Shown: positions 38,234 through 48,771, counted from the first letter of the stretch. The stretch: 64,000 nt of DNA from an uncultured Oscillospiraceae bacterium (GCA_964537245.1 CAZHZL010000001.1:4421-68420); one strand, 5' to 3'. A program made the numbers and translations. The notes: generated from the sequence alone by a model not told the origin.

Positions 38234-38827
38234 TTACATAAAATTCTTAAGAAAGCTTAGAAATATATTCATTTTAAGTCTGCTTAAGATACTTATAAAA
38301 ATCAGACATATAATAAAAACTCCGAAAAAAAGGGAAAGTGTTTTTCCCAAATCAGATACAGAAGCCTGCTTTTTAAAGAGACAGGCATAAATGCTGTTTG
38401 ATATAGTATAACCGATACGCGATAAAAATATTACAAAAGGAAGAATCATAATAAGATTTAAAAAAAGATAAACAGAAGAGGGAAGAATACCTTTTTGGGA
38501 AAACAGCTTAATAAGAAAAACGCAGAAATATCCCGTCAAAAAGCCGTATCTGAAAATAAAAAAAGATATTATCCATTTACCGAATAAAAAAAATGTTCCC
38601 AAGAAAATTCCGAGAAGAATAATTTCGTCAGAGTAACCGTAGCTGTATACGGAGGTTCCTTCCTTTAAAGCTGAAATGCTGTCAGACGCTTTTGTAAAAT
38701 CAAGCTCGGTAATAAGATTTACATATATTCCTCCGAAAATAAAGCCTGCCGTAAAAATAAGAGCAGAAATCAAATGTAAAGCTCTGTTTTCTCTTAAATA
38801 ATGTTTTAGTTTGTAAAGTTTCAGCAT
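38234..38827 (-). CDS. spoIIM: Stage II sporulation protein M-like membrane protein
   Basis: Internal start MLKLYKLKHYLRENR, 197 aa, about 5 TM helices. Size and topology fit SpoIIM. Assignment made from memory. Confidence 0.45.
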   Translation of the reverse strand: MLKLYKLKHYLRENRALHLISALIFTAGFIFGGIYVNLITELDFTKASDSISALKEGTSVYSYGYSDEIILLGIFLGTFFLFGKWIISFFIFRYGFLTGYFCVFLIKLFSQKGILPSSVYLFLNLIMILPFVIFLSRIGYTISNSIYACLFKKQASVSDLGKTLSLFFGVFIICLIFISILSRLKMNIFLSFLKNFM

Positions 38828-38928
38828 ACAGACCACCTTTTTTGTTGTTTCTTTTTCTACTTGTACAACAAATTTTATGAGATATAAATTATAAAAATGA
38901 CAATTTGACTTAAAAATAATAAAAAACC

Positions 38929-38957
38929 TTGACAAAGTATGATTTATTTGGTAGAAT
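38929..38957 (+). promoter_or_regulatory. Sigma-A promoter for ldh
   Basis: TTGACA, 17-nt spacer, TAGAAT. Confidence 0.55.
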
Positions 38958-38998
38958 ATAGTGTATAATGGATATACAATAGAAAGAGGTAAATAAAC

Positions 38999-39943
38999 AT
39001 GATAAAAGAAAGAAAAATTACTGTTGTAGGTGCAGGATTTGTAGGTGCTTCCGTAACTTATACTTTAGCTATGAGAAATCTTGCGCATGAAATCGTGCTT
39101 ATTGATATCAACAAGGAAAAGGCTGAAGGCGAAGCTGTTGATATTTCGCATTGTGCACCGGTATTCGGAAGCGTTAACTTAAAAAGCGGAGAATACAGCG
39201 ATGTTAAAGACAGCGATATTATCATTCTTACAGCAGGCGTAGGCAGAAAACCGGGCGAAACAAGAATGGATCTTGCAAATAAAAATATTTCTATAATGAA
39301 GAGCATTGTAGACGAAATTATGAAATACTACAACGGCGGTATCTTTATTATAGTTTCAAACCCTGTTGATGTTGTTACAGCTATGGTTACAAAATGGACA
39401 GGCTTAGATCCAAGCAAGGTAATCGGAAGCGGTACATCGCTTGACAGTATAAGATTACAGCAGACATTATATCCTATGTATGATGTTGATGTTAAAGCTA
39501 TTGACGCATATATGATTGGTGAACACGGTGAAACACAGTTCCCGTTCTGGTCAAAAGCAAATATCGGAAATGTTCCGATCACTGAGTATCCTAAAAAAGA
39601 CGGTACATTCATCACTGAAGAGGAAATGGCTGAAATTGGTCAGGCTGTTAAGGCTTCAGGTTCATATATTATCAAAAACAAAGGTGCAACATATTTTGGT
39701 GTAGCAAGTGCTACTTCAGAAATTGCAAACGCAATTTTAAATTCAACAAGACAGATTCTTCCTGTAAGTATGCTTAAAGACGATGTATACGGATATAAAA
39801 ATGTTGCATTAAGTATGCCGAGAATCGTAAGCGGAGAAGGTATTGTGGGAGAAATTCCGGTACAGCTTTCAGAAAAAGAAGTTGAGCTTATGAAAAAATC
39901 AGCAGAAAATGTTTACACTATTACAAAGGAATTCTTTAATTAA
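38999..39943 (+). CDS. ldh: L-lactate dehydrogenase
   Basis: VVGAGFVGAS NAD-binding fold, ITAGVGRKPGETRMDL, SNPVDV and IGEHGETQ motifs. Confidence 0.9.
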   Translation: MIKERKITVVGAGFVGASVTYTLAMRNLAHEIVLIDINKEKAEGEAVDISHCAPVFGSVNLKSGEYSDVKDSDIIILTAGVGRKPGETRMDLANKNISIMKSIVDEIMKYYNGGIFIIVSNPVDVVTAMVTKWTGLDPSKVIGSGTSLDSIRLQQTLYPMYDVDVKAIDAYMIGEHGETQFPFWSKANIGNVPITEYPKKDGTFITEEEMAEIGQAVKASGSYIIKNKGATYFGVASATSEIANAILNSTRQILPVSMLKDDVYGYKNVALSMPRIVSGEGIVGEIPVQLSEKEVELMKKSAENVYTITKEFFN

Positions 39944-40434
39944 TGGAGAGACTTCTCGTTTTTTCAGACACTCACGGAAATATTTCCAAAGCAAAAAAAA
40001 TCGTTGAGCAGCTTCCGGGAGTAACAGGAATAATTCATCTTGGCGATATTTTAAGAGATGTTTATGCTTTGGAAAAAGAATTTTGCGATATTCCGATATA
40101 TTATGTTGCGGGTAATAATGATTATTTTTCCGATGTTCCGACAGAAAAGCTTCTTCAGATATGCGGATTTAAGATTTTTATAACTCACGGGCATAAATAT
40201 ATAAGCGCTTTTTCGGGTTGTGACCGCCTTATATATAAAGGAATGGAAATGAATGCTGATATAGTGCTTTACGGACATACGCATATGAGTGTGTATAAAA
40301 AAGAAGAAGGGATGATAATTGCAAATCCCGGAAGTCTTACCTATCCTCGTGCAAGCGAGGCAAGCTACGGCGTAATTGAAATTGAAGACGGAAATATTGC
40401 TTATGTCAATATAGCTGTTGAAGGTTTTATATAA
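39943..40434 (+). CDS. Metallophosphoesterase, YfcE/MJ0936 family
   Basis: FSDTHGN, GDI, GNND and GHTH motifs. Confidence 0.8.
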   Translation: MERLLVFSDTHGNISKAKKIVEQLPGVTGIIHLGDILRDVYALEKEFCDIPIYYVAGNNDYFSDVPTEKLLQICGFKIFITHGHKYISAFSGCDRLIYKGMEMNADIVLYGHTHMSVYKKEEGMIIANPGSLTYPRASEASYGVIEIEDGNIAYVNIAVEGFI

Positions 40435-40470
40435 AATTGAAAATAATTAGAAAAATCGGAGGAAAAAAAG

Positions 40471-41028
40471 ATGGTTACAGCAGGTGATTTCAGAAACGGT
40501 ATAACATTTGAGGAAGAAGGAAACGTATATCAGATCGTTGAATTTCAGCATGTTAAACCGGGTAAAGGTGCAGCTTTTGTAAGAACAAAAATTAAAAATA
40601 TCAAAACAGGCGGTGTTGTTGAAAAAACATACAGACCTACTGATAAGTTCCCTAAGGCTATGATTGAAAGAAAGGATATGCAGTATTCATATTCAGACGG
40701 TGATCTCTATTACTTTATGGATCAGGAAACTTTTGATATGCTTCCAATCAATGCAAGCCAGATTGGTGACGCTTTGAAATTTGTTAAAGAAAATGATTGC
40801 TGCAAAATCTTGTCACACAAGGGTCAGGTATTCGGAATTGAGCCTCCAACATTTGTTGAGCTTGAAGTTACAGAAACTGAGCCGGGTCTGGCAGGTAACA
40901 CAGCAACAGGTGCTACAAAACCGGCTACACTCGAAACAGGTGCTACAATCCAGGTTCCGCTTTTTGTTAATATCGGTGATGTTTTAAGAATCGATACAAG
41001 AACAGGAACATATATGGAAAGAGCATAA
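40471..41028 (+). CDS. efp: Elongation factor P
   Basis: [19 protein letters not shown] is the conserved loop with the modified Lys. Confidence 0.95.
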   Translation: MVTAGDFRNGITFEEEGNVYQIVEFQHVKPGKGAAFVRTKIKNIKTGGVVEKTYRPTDKFPKAMIERKDMQYSYSDGDLYYFMDQETFDMLPINASQIGDALKFVKENDCCKILSHKGQVFGIEPPTFVELEVTETEPGLAGNTATGATKPATLETGATIQVPLFVNIGDVLRIDTRTGTYMERA

Positions 41029-41051
41029 AAATTTTGAAAGGATAATTTAAA

Positions 41052-41486
41052 ATGGAAAATTATATTGATATCAGCGAAAAAATCGCTTATCTTAAAGGTC
41101 TCGCTGAAGGTCTTAAGGTTGACGAAAGCACAAACGAAGGCAGAATTATAAAAGGAATTCTCGATGTTTTGGCAGATATGAACGAATATATTTGCGATAT
41201 GGACGATGAACTCGAAGCTGCTTTGGAATGTGTTGATGAAATCTCTGAAGATTTGTCAGATGTTGAAGACGAAGTATATGGCGAATGCGATTGTGACTGC
41301 GGTTGTGATTGCGATGATTATGAAGAATGTGACGATGATATTTATGAAATAGAATGTCCTGAATGCGGTGAATTAGTATACGCAGACGGCGAAACTATCG
41401 AAAATGAGGATATCTATTGTCCGAAATGTAAGAAAATAATTGAAGTTGAAATTCCTGACGAAGACGAGGAAGAAGACGAAGATTAA
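41052..41486 (+). CDS. Highly acidic Cys-rich zinc-ribbon protein (CD1247-like N-terminal domain)
   Basis: GECDCDCGCDCDD run, then CPECG...CPKCK, with a poly-D/E C-terminus. Confidence 0.5.
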   Translation: MENYIDISEKIAYLKGLAEGLKVDESTNEGRIIKGILDVLADMNEYICDMDDELEAALECVDEISEDLSDVEDEVYGECDCDCGCDCDDYEECDDDIYEIECPECGELVYADGETIENEDIYCPKCKKIIEVEIPDEDEEEDED

Positions 41487-41501
41487 TTTTTTGTTTAAAA
41501 C

Positions 41502-41535
41502 AACCGCATTTAAAATTAAAATGCGGTTTTTTTTA
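41502..41535 (+). terminator. Rho-independent terminator
   Basis: aaccgcattt / aaatgcggtt stem followed by T8. Confidence 0.75.
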
Positions 41536-41598
41536 ATATTATAAATGATGTTATTTAACATAAATTTAACATATTTTTTACATTAATTTAAAAATCTA

Positions 41599-41627
41599 TT
41601 GACAAACCTCTTTTAATTTTGTATAAT
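41599..41627 (+). promoter_or_regulatory. Consensus sigma-A promoter for mgtC
   Basis: TTGACA, 17-nt spacer, TATAAT preceded by TG. Confidence 0.6.
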
Positions 41628-41666
41628 ATATTATTATAAGAGTTATACGAAAGGAGGTCTGTTACA

Positions 41667-42359
41667 GTGTCGGAAATTATAAAGTTTTTACAGAGTGATA
41701 ATGTTATATATCTTGTGCGCATTTTGATTGCATGTCTGTGCGGATTTATTGTCGGAGTGGAGAGAAGCAAAAGGCAGAAGGACGCAGGTATAAGAACGCA
41801 TATTATAGTTGCGCTCGGCTCCGCCCTTATGATGATAATTTCCAAATACGGATTTATTGATGTCGGAGAAGGAGTTCCAGGAATGAGAGCAGTCGACGGC
41901 TCAAGAATGGCGGCGCAGATAGTAAGCGGCGTCGGATTTTTGGGAGCGGGAATGATTTTTATAAATCATAAGCAATCAATAAAGGGACTTACAACCGCCG
42001 CAGGTATATGGGCAACTGCCGGTATCGGTATGGCGGTTGGCGCAGGTATGTATTTTATAGGTATAGCTACCGCAGTGCTTATGCTTGTGTTACAGCTTTT
42101 ACTTCATGTATGGTTTCATAGTATTGATAATGCAGAGCTTACAGAGGTAGAAGTTTCGTTTGATAACGATATAAGCTGTATAAACGAGTTTTTAGAGCTT
42201 CTTAAGGCGGAAAATATTGATTATTCCAACATAAGAATCACAAAGGAAGAGGAGTCCTCTCTTAAGTTGAATTTCTTTGCCAGAACTCAGAACGGTAACT
42301 ATAACAAGCTTTTGTCACTTGTGTGGGATAATGAAAAGGTAAAAACATTTTCAGTATAA
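41667..42359 (+). CDS. mgtC: MgtC/SapB family membrane protein
   Basis: GTG start after AAGGAGG. GVERSKRQKDAGIRTH and TAAGIWATAGIGMAVGAG motifs. Confidence 0.8.
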   Translation: MSEIIKFLQSDNVIYLVRILIACLCGFIVGVERSKRQKDAGIRTHIIVALGSALMMIISKYGFIDVGEGVPGMRAVDGSRMAAQIVSGVGFLGAGMIFINHKQSIKGLTTAAGIWATAGIGMAVGAGMYFIGIATAVLMLVLQLLLHVWFHSIDNAELTEVEVSFDNDISCINEFLELLKAENIDYSNIRITKEEESSLKLNFFARTQNGNYNKLLSLVWDNEKVKTFSV

Positions 42360-42364
42360 TAATT

Positions 42365-42413
42365 CGATTGTGAAATGATTTTTGAATTATCGTTTCACAA
42401 TCGTTTTGTTTTT
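42365..42413 (+). terminator. Rho-independent terminator
   Basis: cgattgtgaaa / tttcacaatcg stem followed by a T-rich tail. Confidence 0.7.
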
Positions 42414-42438
42414 ATAATAAGAAAGGAATAAGGCAAAT

Positions 42439-42984
42439 ATGAAAATTATGATTGCATCTGATATTCACGGAAGCGGATATTATTGTGAAAAATTGATTGA
42501 AAGATTTAATGAAGAAAAAGCGGAAAAGCTTGTTTTGCTTGGCGATTTGTTGTATCATGGACCAAGAAATGAGCTTCCGAAGATGTATGACACAAAAAAG
42601 GTGTATGAGCTTCTGAACAGTATAAAGGATAAGCTTCTTTGCGTCAGAGGAAACTGTGACAGCGAGGTTGACCAGATGGTGCTTGAATTTCCTATGATGG
42701 CGGATTATGCATATGTAAATTTTGATGATGTCAATATATTTGTTACACACGGACACCTTTTTGACGAAAACAATCCGCCGCTGTTAAAAAAAGGAGATGT
42801 GCTTCTTTACGGTCATTTTCATGTGCCTGTTGTGAATGAATACGATAATTTTATTCATATAAATCCCGGCTCTCTTTCACTGCCGAAGCAGAGCAGTCCA
42901 AACAGCTATATGACTTTGGAAAACGGTGAGTTTTTATGGAAAAATGTTGAAAACGGTGAGGTTTTCAAAACATACAGAAAATAA
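42439..42984 (+). CDS. yfcE: Phosphodiesterase YfcE
   Basis: Collinear by eye with E. coli YfcE: ASDIHGS, LGDLLYHGPRN, VRGNCDSEVDQM, THGH, YGHFH, NPGS. Confidence 0.8.
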   Translation: MKIMIASDIHGSGYYCEKLIERFNEEKAEKLVLLGDLLYHGPRNELPKMYDTKKVYELLNSIKDKLLCVRGNCDSEVDQMVLEFPMMADYAYVNFDDVNIFVTHGHLFDENNPPLLKKGDVLLYGHFHVPVVNEYDNFIHINPGSLSLPKQSSPNSYMTLENGEFLWKNVENGEVFKTYRK

Positions 42985-43008
42985 AAGTTTGAAATCGGGG
43001 TGGAAAAA

Positions 43009-43929
43009 ATGCCTATAAAAATTCCAAATGCACTTCCTGCCAGAAAAACCCTGGAGGGTGAAAATATATTTGTAATGTCAGAAAAAAGAGCGTGCAAGCA
43101 GGACATTCGTCCGCTTAAAATCGCTATTTTAAATCTTATGCCAACAAAAATTGTTACCGAAACTCAGCTTTTGAGGCTTCTCGGTAACTCTCCGTTGCAG
43201 GTTGAGGTTACTCTTCTTATGACTGATTCCTACAAATCAAAAAACACATCGCTTGAACATCTTGAAGCCTTTTATAAAACCTTTAAGGAAATAAAAGATG
43301 AAAAGTTTGACGGTTTTATCATAACGGGCGCGCCTGTTGAAAAAATGGAATTTGAGGAAGTCGAATACTGGGAAGAATTGAAAGAAATTATGGAATGGTC
43401 AAAAACACATGTGTGGTCTACATTTCATATCTGCTGGGGCGCTCAGGCAGGACTTTATTATCATTACGGAGTAAAAAAATACGATGTTCCGAAAAAAGTT
43501 TTCGGAGTTTTCAAGCATAAGCTTCTTAAGAAAAACAAAAAGCTTTTTTTTGGATTTGAAGATGAATTTTATGCTCCTCATTCACGCCATACCGAAATGA
43601 GAAAAGAAGATATAGATAAAATTCCTGAGCTTACTGTCGTTGCGGAATCTAAGGAAGCGGGTGTTTATGCCGTTACCACAAAGAAATACAGACAGATTTT
43701 TGTTATGGGACACAGCGAATATGATAACGATACGCTTGATAAGGAGTACAGAAGAGATGTTGAAAAGGGCTTGGAGATTGAAGTTCCTGCAAATTATTAT
43801 AAGGATAACAATCCTAAGAAAAAGCCTGTCAACCGTTGGAAATCACATGCAACTCTGCTCTTTTCCAACTGGCTTAACTACTGTGTGTATCAGATTACGC
43901 CATACGATGTTATGGATATTGAAGATTAA
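43009..43929 (+). CDS. metA: Homoserine O-acyltransferase MetA
   Basis: [12 protein letters not shown]-terminus, ILNLMP, ITGAPVE and CWGAQA motifs. Confidence 0.9.
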   Translation: MPIKIPNALPARKTLEGENIFVMSEKRACKQDIRPLKIAILNLMPTKIVTETQLLRLLGNSPLQVEVTLLMTDSYKSKNTSLEHLEAFYKTFKEIKDEKFDGFIITGAPVEKMEFEEVEYWEELKEIMEWSKTHVWSTFHICWGAQAGLYYHYGVKKYDVPKKVFGVFKHKLLKKNKKLFFGFEDEFYAPHSRHTEMRKEDIDKIPELTVVAESKEAGVYAVTTKKYRQIFVMGHSEYDNDTLDKEYRRDVEKGLEIEVPANYYKDNNPKKKPVNRWKSHATLLFSNWLNYCVYQITPYDVMDIED

Positions 43930-43946
43930 GAAAAGAGGTATGTGCT

Positions 43947-45218
43947 ATGACTTTTAAAAGAGCTGATATATTGCTTCCTGTGTTTTCAAAGGATAGCGAA
44001 AAAATGCAAAAATGGAGTGTTGTTGCTTGTGACCAGTATACCTCCGAGCCTGAATATTGGAATGGAGTCGGTGAGGTTGTAGGTAATGAGCCTTCGACGC
44101 TTAAGGTTACTGTTCCTGAAATATATCTTAACGATTCTGATATTGAGAACAGAATAAAAAATACAAATGAAAAAATGAATGAGTATATTGAAAACGGTAT
44201 ATTCTGTGAGCATAAAAATACTTACATTTATGTTGAAAGAACTTTAAGAAACGGCGTTAAAAGACTCGGAATTGTCGGCGTTGTCGATTTGGAGGACTAC
44301 GACTATAACAAAGGCTCAAAAACAAAAATAAGAGCAACCGAGGGGACTGTCGTTTCAAGAATACCTCCGAGACTTAAGGTGAGAAACGACGCGCTTATTG
44401 AGCTTCCCCACATTATGCTTCTTATCGACGATGAAAAGTGTGATATCGTAGAATCAAACAGCAAAATAAAGGATACCTTTGAAAAGGTGTATGATTTTGA
44501 GCTTATGAAAAATTCAGGTCATATCACAGGATATAAGATGTCTGAAGAAGCTTGCGATATGTTGGATAAAAAGCTTGGCGAGCTTGATAATATTGATGAG
44601 TTTAATAAAAAATACGGTGTAAATGAAAGCTCTCCTCTTATATATGCAATGGGAGACGGAAACCATTCTCTTGCAACTGCAAAGACCTACTACGAAAACA
44701 AGAAAAAGGAAATCGGCGAAGAAAATGCGAAAAATTCGCCTGCAAGATACGCTCTTTGCGAGCTTGTAAATCTTCATGACAGTTCTTTGGAATTTGAAGC
44801 AATTCATAGAGTTATTTTCAACCTTTCGGGAGAAAATTTCTTAAAAGCTTTTGAAAATGAGTATAATGTAAGCTACGACGGTAAGGCAGAGGGACAGAGC
44901 TTTAAATTTGTGTATAACGGAGAAACAAAAAATGTTACCGTTACAAATCCGACAGAATATCTGACAGTCGCAACCGTTCAGAAGTTCCTTGATTCTTATA
45001 TTGAGAAGAACGGGGGAGAGGTTGACTATATTCACGGTGAAGATGTTGTTTATAAGCTTTGCGAGGACAATAAAAATTTCGGAATTATACTTGAAGCAAT
45101 GGATAAATCGGATTTATACAAATCGGTAATTTTAGACGGTGCTTTGCCAAGAAAAACATTCTCTATGGGAGAAGCCTGTGACAAGAGATTTTACACCGAA
45201 GCAAGAAAAATAAAGTAG
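43947..45218 (+). CDS. DUF1015 domain protein
   Basis: 423 aa. YAMGDGNHSLATAK and the overall pattern resemble the DUF1015 family. Assignment made from memory. Confidence 0.6.
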   Translation: MTFKRADILLPVFSKDSEKMQKWSVVACDQYTSEPEYWNGVGEVVGNEPSTLKVTVPEIYLNDSDIENRIKNTNEKMNEYIENGIFCEHKNTYIYVERTLRNGVKRLGIVGVVDLEDYDYNKGSKTKIRATEGTVVSRIPPRLKVRNDALIELPHIMLLIDDEKCDIVESNSKIKDTFEKVYDFELMKNSGHITGYKMSEEACDMLDKKLGELDNIDEFNKKYGVNESSPLIYAMGDGNHSLATAKTYYENKKKEIGEENAKNSPARYALCELVNLHDSSLEFEAIHRVIFNLSGENFLKAFENEYNVSYDGKAEGQSFKFVYNGETKNVTVTNPTEYLTVATVQKFLDSYIEKNGGEVDYIHGEDVVYKLCEDNKNFGIILEAMDKSDLYKSVILDGALPRKTFSMGEACDKRFYTEARKIK

Positions 45219-45236
45219 AAAGTACGGGAGAAAAAT

Positions 45237-46037
45237 ATGCTTGCAAATTTACATACACATACAACCTTCTGTGACGGAAAAAACACACCTGAAGAGGTTG
45301 TATTGTCGGCGCTGGAAAAAGGCTTTTCGGTAATCGGTTTTTCGGGACACGGTTATACAGAGTTTGATTTGAGATACTGTATTAAGGATTTAGAAGGCTA
45401 TAATTCGGAGATAGAACGCCTTAAAGAAAAATATAAAAAAGAAATCCAGATTTATCGCGGTATCGAAGAGGATATGTGGGATTATGTCAAAAGAGAAAAC
45501 TACGACTATCTGATAGGCTCATCACACTATATCTTTTTAAATAATGAGTATTATTCTGTGGACTCTACTAGAGAGCTTTTGGAAAAATGCTTAAATGCCT
45601 TTTCGGGAAATCCGCTTTTGATGGCGGAATGCTATTATAATAATTTTTGCTGTTATATTTCAGAAAGAAAGCCTGATATTATTGGGCATTTTGACCTCTT
45701 TACAAAATTTGACGAATGTAATGAGCCGTATTTTCTGGGAAACAAAGAATACCATCGTATTTCGGAAAGATATTTGACTGAAGCAATTAAAAGCGATTGC
45801 ATATTTGAAATAAACACAGGTGCGATTGCAAGAGGTTACCGCAAAACGCCGTATCCTTATGAAAATCTGCTTTATGTTTTGAAAAAGAACGACGCTAAAA
45901 TTATGCTTTCATCAGACAGTCACAGTGCAGATACCGTTGATTTTCATTTTGATGAAATGAAAAAAATGCTGGCGGATATAGGCTTTACTCATACATATAC
46001 ACTCTATAATAATAAATTTATGAAGTTTGATTTATAA
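45237..46037 (+). CDS. Histidinol-phosphatase-like PHP family hydrolase
   Basis: LHTHTTFCDGKN start, GFSGH, and SSDSH near the C-terminus. Confidence 0.75.
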   Translation: MLANLHTHTTFCDGKNTPEEVVLSALEKGFSVIGFSGHGYTEFDLRYCIKDLEGYNSEIERLKEKYKKEIQIYRGIEEDMWDYVKRENYDYLIGSSHYIFLNNEYYSVDSTRELLEKCLNAFSGNPLLMAECYYNNFCCYISERKPDIIGHFDLFTKFDECNEPYFLGNKEYHRISERYLTEAIKSDCIFEINTGAIARGYRKTPYPYENLLYVLKKNDAKIMLSSDSHSADTVDFHFDEMKKMLADIGFTHTYTLYNNKFMKFDL

Positions 46038-46085
46038 AAAATTGTGTTAAAATATATAATATAATTTAAGTGAGGAGTAAAGAAA

Positions 46086-47423
46086 ATGAGTCAGAAATTA
46101 ATATCAGCAGTTGAGAAAAATGAAAAGCTTATTTTAGACGCACATGATTATATATGGAACAATCCCGAAACGGGTTTTAAAGAAAAAAAGACCTCAAAAT
46201 ATATGGAGGACGCTTTTTGTAAGCTTGGCTACGAGCTTGTAAAGGCTGATGACATTACAGGCTTTTATACAGTTATTGATACGGGAAGACCTGGACCGGA
46301 GCTTCTTATATTAGGCGAGCTTGATTCTCTTATCTGCCACGAGCACCCTGAAGCAGACAAAGAAACAGGTGCTGTTCATTGTTGTGGTCACAGCGCACAA
46401 AGTGCTGCACTTCTGGGAATTGCCGCCGCATTAAAGGAGCCGGGCGTTTTAGATGAATTATCGGGAAAAATCCGTCTTTGTGCAGTACCTGCTGAAGAGC
46501 TTATCGAAATAGAATACCGTACTGAGCTTAAAAATAAAGGAATAATAAAATATTTCGGCGGAAAAACGGAATTTTTGCACAGAGGATATTTTGACGGAGT
46601 TGATATCGCTTTTATGGTGCATACAAGCACAGGCAAAACATTTTCTGTTCAGAACGGCGCTGTCGGCTGTCTTGCAAAACAGGTTATATATAAAGGTGTA
46701 TCATCTCACGCAGGCGGAAGTCCGTGGAACGGTTGTAATGCGCTTTATGCCGCAACATTGGGGATTTCTGCGATTAATGCTATTCGCGAAACCTTTATGG
46801 AGTCTGACATTATAAGAGTTCATCCGATTATAACAAAGGGCGGGGGAGCAGTAAATGCTATTCCCGATAATGTTGTTATAGAAAGCTTTGTAAGAGGAAG
46901 TAATTTTGAAGCTATAAAAAACGCAAACGGCAGAGTGAACAGAGCCTTGTGCGGAGGCGCGCTGTCGTTGGGTGCAAATGTTGAGGTTGTTGATAATCCT
47001 GGCTATGCGCCGCTTTTAAACAGCAAGGAAATGATGAAGCTTGCTGAAGACGCGGCGAAAAACGAGCTTAAAGAAGAATTTGTTTTAAATGACTGTATGA
47101 GCTCAGGAAGTACAGATATGGGAGATTTGTCTCTATTGATGCCTGTTGTTCATCCTTACTGTCCCGGAGCTTCGGGAACAAGCCACGGAGCTGATTACAA
47201 AATAGAAGACCCGTATTTTGCCTGTGTTAATTCAGCAAAATGGCAGGTTGTAATGCTTTATCTTCTTCTTTGTGATAATGCAAAAAGAGCAAATGATATA
47301 ATTGAAAATTTTGTGCCGCAATTTAAAAATAAAGAAGAATACTTTTCTTATATCGATTCTCTTTCATCTATCGGTGACCGCATAAAATATGAGGATAATA
47401 CCGCAAGTGTTAAGCTTCATTAG
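46086..47423 (+). CDS. M20 family amidohydrolase/peptidase
   Basis: HCCGHSAQ, PAEE and SSHAGGSPWNG motifs. 445 aa. Confidence 0.7.
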   Translation: MSQKLISAVEKNEKLILDAHDYIWNNPETGFKEKKTSKYMEDAFCKLGYELVKADDITGFYTVIDTGRPGPELLILGELDSLICHEHPEADKETGAVHCCGHSAQSAALLGIAAALKEPGVLDELSGKIRLCAVPAEELIEIEYRTELKNKGIIKYFGGKTEFLHRGYFDGVDIAFMVHTSTGKTFSVQNGAVGCLAKQVIYKGVSSHAGGSPWNGCNALYAATLGISAINAIRETFMESDIIRVHPIITKGGGAVNAIPDNVVIESFVRGSNFEAIKNANGRVNRALCGGALSLGANVEVVDNPGYAPLLNSKEMMKLAEDAAKNELKEEFVLNDCMSSGSTDMGDLSLLMPVVHPYCPGASGTSHGADYKIEDPYFACVNSAKWQVVMLYLLLCDNAKRANDIIENFVPQFKNKEEYFSYIDSLSSIGDRIKYEDNTASVKLH

Positions 47424-47483
47424 GTTGCCGGTTCAGCTATGGAACTCTTAAAAAAATCTGCAAATATAAAAAGGAAATTAAAA

Positions 47484-48128
47484 ATGAAACACAATGCATA
47501 TATATTTGATTTTGACGGAGTATTGGTTGATTCAATGCCGGATTGGTCAGGAAAAATGATTAATATTTTAGAAACATACAATGTAGATTATCCTGCGGAT
47601 ATAATAAAAATAATAACACCGCTTGGAGATAAGGGAACGGCTGATTATTTTATCGAAAAATTGAATGTTCCTCTTAGTGTTGAAGAAATGATTACGATGA
47701 TGGACGAGTATGCTATTCCGAAATATCGTGATGAAATAGAAGCAAAGCCGGGCGTTATTGATTATCTTAACCGTATGAAAAAAGAGGGGATAAGCCTTAA
47801 TGTGCTTACTGCAAGTCCGCATAAAATGGTTGATGTCTGCTTAAAAAGACTTGGCGTGTTTGATTTGTTTGACAATGTATGGAGCTGTGATGATTTTAAC
47901 ACAACAAAAAAAGACCCTGAAATTTATAAAGCAGCTGTGGAAAAAATCGGAAGCACAATAAAAGGGACTGTCTTTTTTGACGATAATATAAACGCAGTAA
48001 AAACGGCAAAGCAGGCAGGTCTTTTTGTGGTGGGTGTATACGATGAATCGGGAGAAGAGTTTAAAGACAGTTTAAAAGAAATTTCCGATTTATATATTGA
48101 TACTTTTGAGGGCGAAAAAAGAATCTGA
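47484..48128 (+). CDS. HAD family hydrolase
   Basis: Internal start MKHNAYIFDFDGVLVDS (DxDG motif I), with FFDDN as motif IV. Confidence 0.75.
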   Translation: MKHNAYIFDFDGVLVDSMPDWSGKMINILETYNVDYPADIIKIITPLGDKGTADYFIEKLNVPLSVEEMITMMDEYAIPKYRDEIEAKPGVIDYLNRMKKEGISLNVLTASPHKMVDVCLKRLGVFDLFDNVWSCDDFNTTKKDPEIYKAAVEKIGSTIKGTVFFDDNINAVKTAKQAGLFVVGVYDESGEEFKDSLKEISDLYIDTFEGEKRI

Positions 48129-48168
48129 AAAAAACATTGTATTTTTTAGAAAAAATTCTAAAAAAGTA

Positions 48169-48197
48169 TTGACAAATAAAATCTTTTATGCTATAAT
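48169..48197 (+). promoter_or_regulatory. Consensus sigma-A promoter for the tRNA operon
   Basis: TTGACA, 17-nt spacer, TATAAT. Confidence 0.65.
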
Positions 48198-48238
48198 AAT
48201 TTTCGTTGCTGATAAAGTAACAAAAAGAAAAAATGTGT

Positions 48239-48314
48239 GCTGGTGTAGCTCAATTGGTAGAGCAGCTGATTTGTAATCAGCAGGTCGCGGGTTCGAGTCC
48301 CATCACCAGCTCCA
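48239..48314 (+). tRNA. tRNA-Thr (anticodon UGU)
   Basis: GCTGGTGTAGCTCAATTGGTAGAGC...TTTGTAA loop...GGTTCGAGTCC...CCA. Confidence 0.9.
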
Positions 48315-48323
48315 TATTTTTTT

Positions 48324-48408
48324 GGGGAGGTTCCCGAGTGGCCAAAGGGGGCAGACTGTAAATCTGTTGCGCTTCGCTTCGATGGTTCGAATCCGTCTCT
48401 CCCCACCA
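48324..48408 (+). tRNA. tRNA-Tyr (anticodon GUA), class II long variable arm
   Basis: GGGGAGGTTCCCGAGTGGCCAAAGGG...CTGTAAA loop...GGTTCGAATCC...CCA. Confidence 0.9.
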
Positions 48409-48415
48409 AAAAGAT

Positions 48416-48452
48416 AGAACAATATGGATGCAGTCTGTATTGTTCTTTTTTT
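48416..48452 (+). terminator. Terminator after the tRNA operon
   Basis: agaacaata / tattgttct stem followed by T7. Confidence 0.75.
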
Positions 48453-48705
48453 ATCCAGTGTTTATGCGGGTTTTGAACATTTTAGGAGAAAACAGCAAAA
48501 AATGCAATTTAGATTTTTTCAGTGAATACCACCCCTATTTTGAACGGAGCTGAACTACATACAAATTTTTTAAGCGATTTTGAGAGCATTTCAGAGAGAA
48601 GAAAAAAGATAACTTTAAGTGAAAAAACGAAAAAAGAACAAAAAGGATTCCAAGCTAAAAAAAGCGGATTTGAACCCTATACAAAATTATATATTGAAAA
48701 AACAC

Positions 48706-48742
48706 GAGGCAATTTCTTTAATTAGAGGTTGCCTCTTTTTTT
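48706..48742 (+). terminator. Hairpin with T-run upstream of the first island gene
   Basis: gaggcaa / ttgcctc stem followed by T7. Confidence 0.45.
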
Positions 48743-48771
48743 ATACCAAAAATAGAAAGGAGGAAGACAAT

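Noticed and set aside
39943-42984. Two YfcE/MJ0936-type metallophosphoesterase genes within 3 kb, considered as a possible functional pair or system.
   Set aside because: They are separated by efp and mgtC transcription units with their own promoters and terminators. This is most simply two unrelated housekeeping paralogs.
48191-48409. 72-aa minus-strand ORF.
   Set aside because: It is entirely antisense to tRNA-Thr and tRNA-Tyr.
48522-48771. ORF 48522..48725 and the 5' extension of ORF 48619..49437.
   Set aside because: Lys-rich and low-complexity with no RBS. The extension reads through a hairpin plus T7 (48706-48742). A GTG with a perfect AAGGAGG RBS at 48772 is the more credible start.
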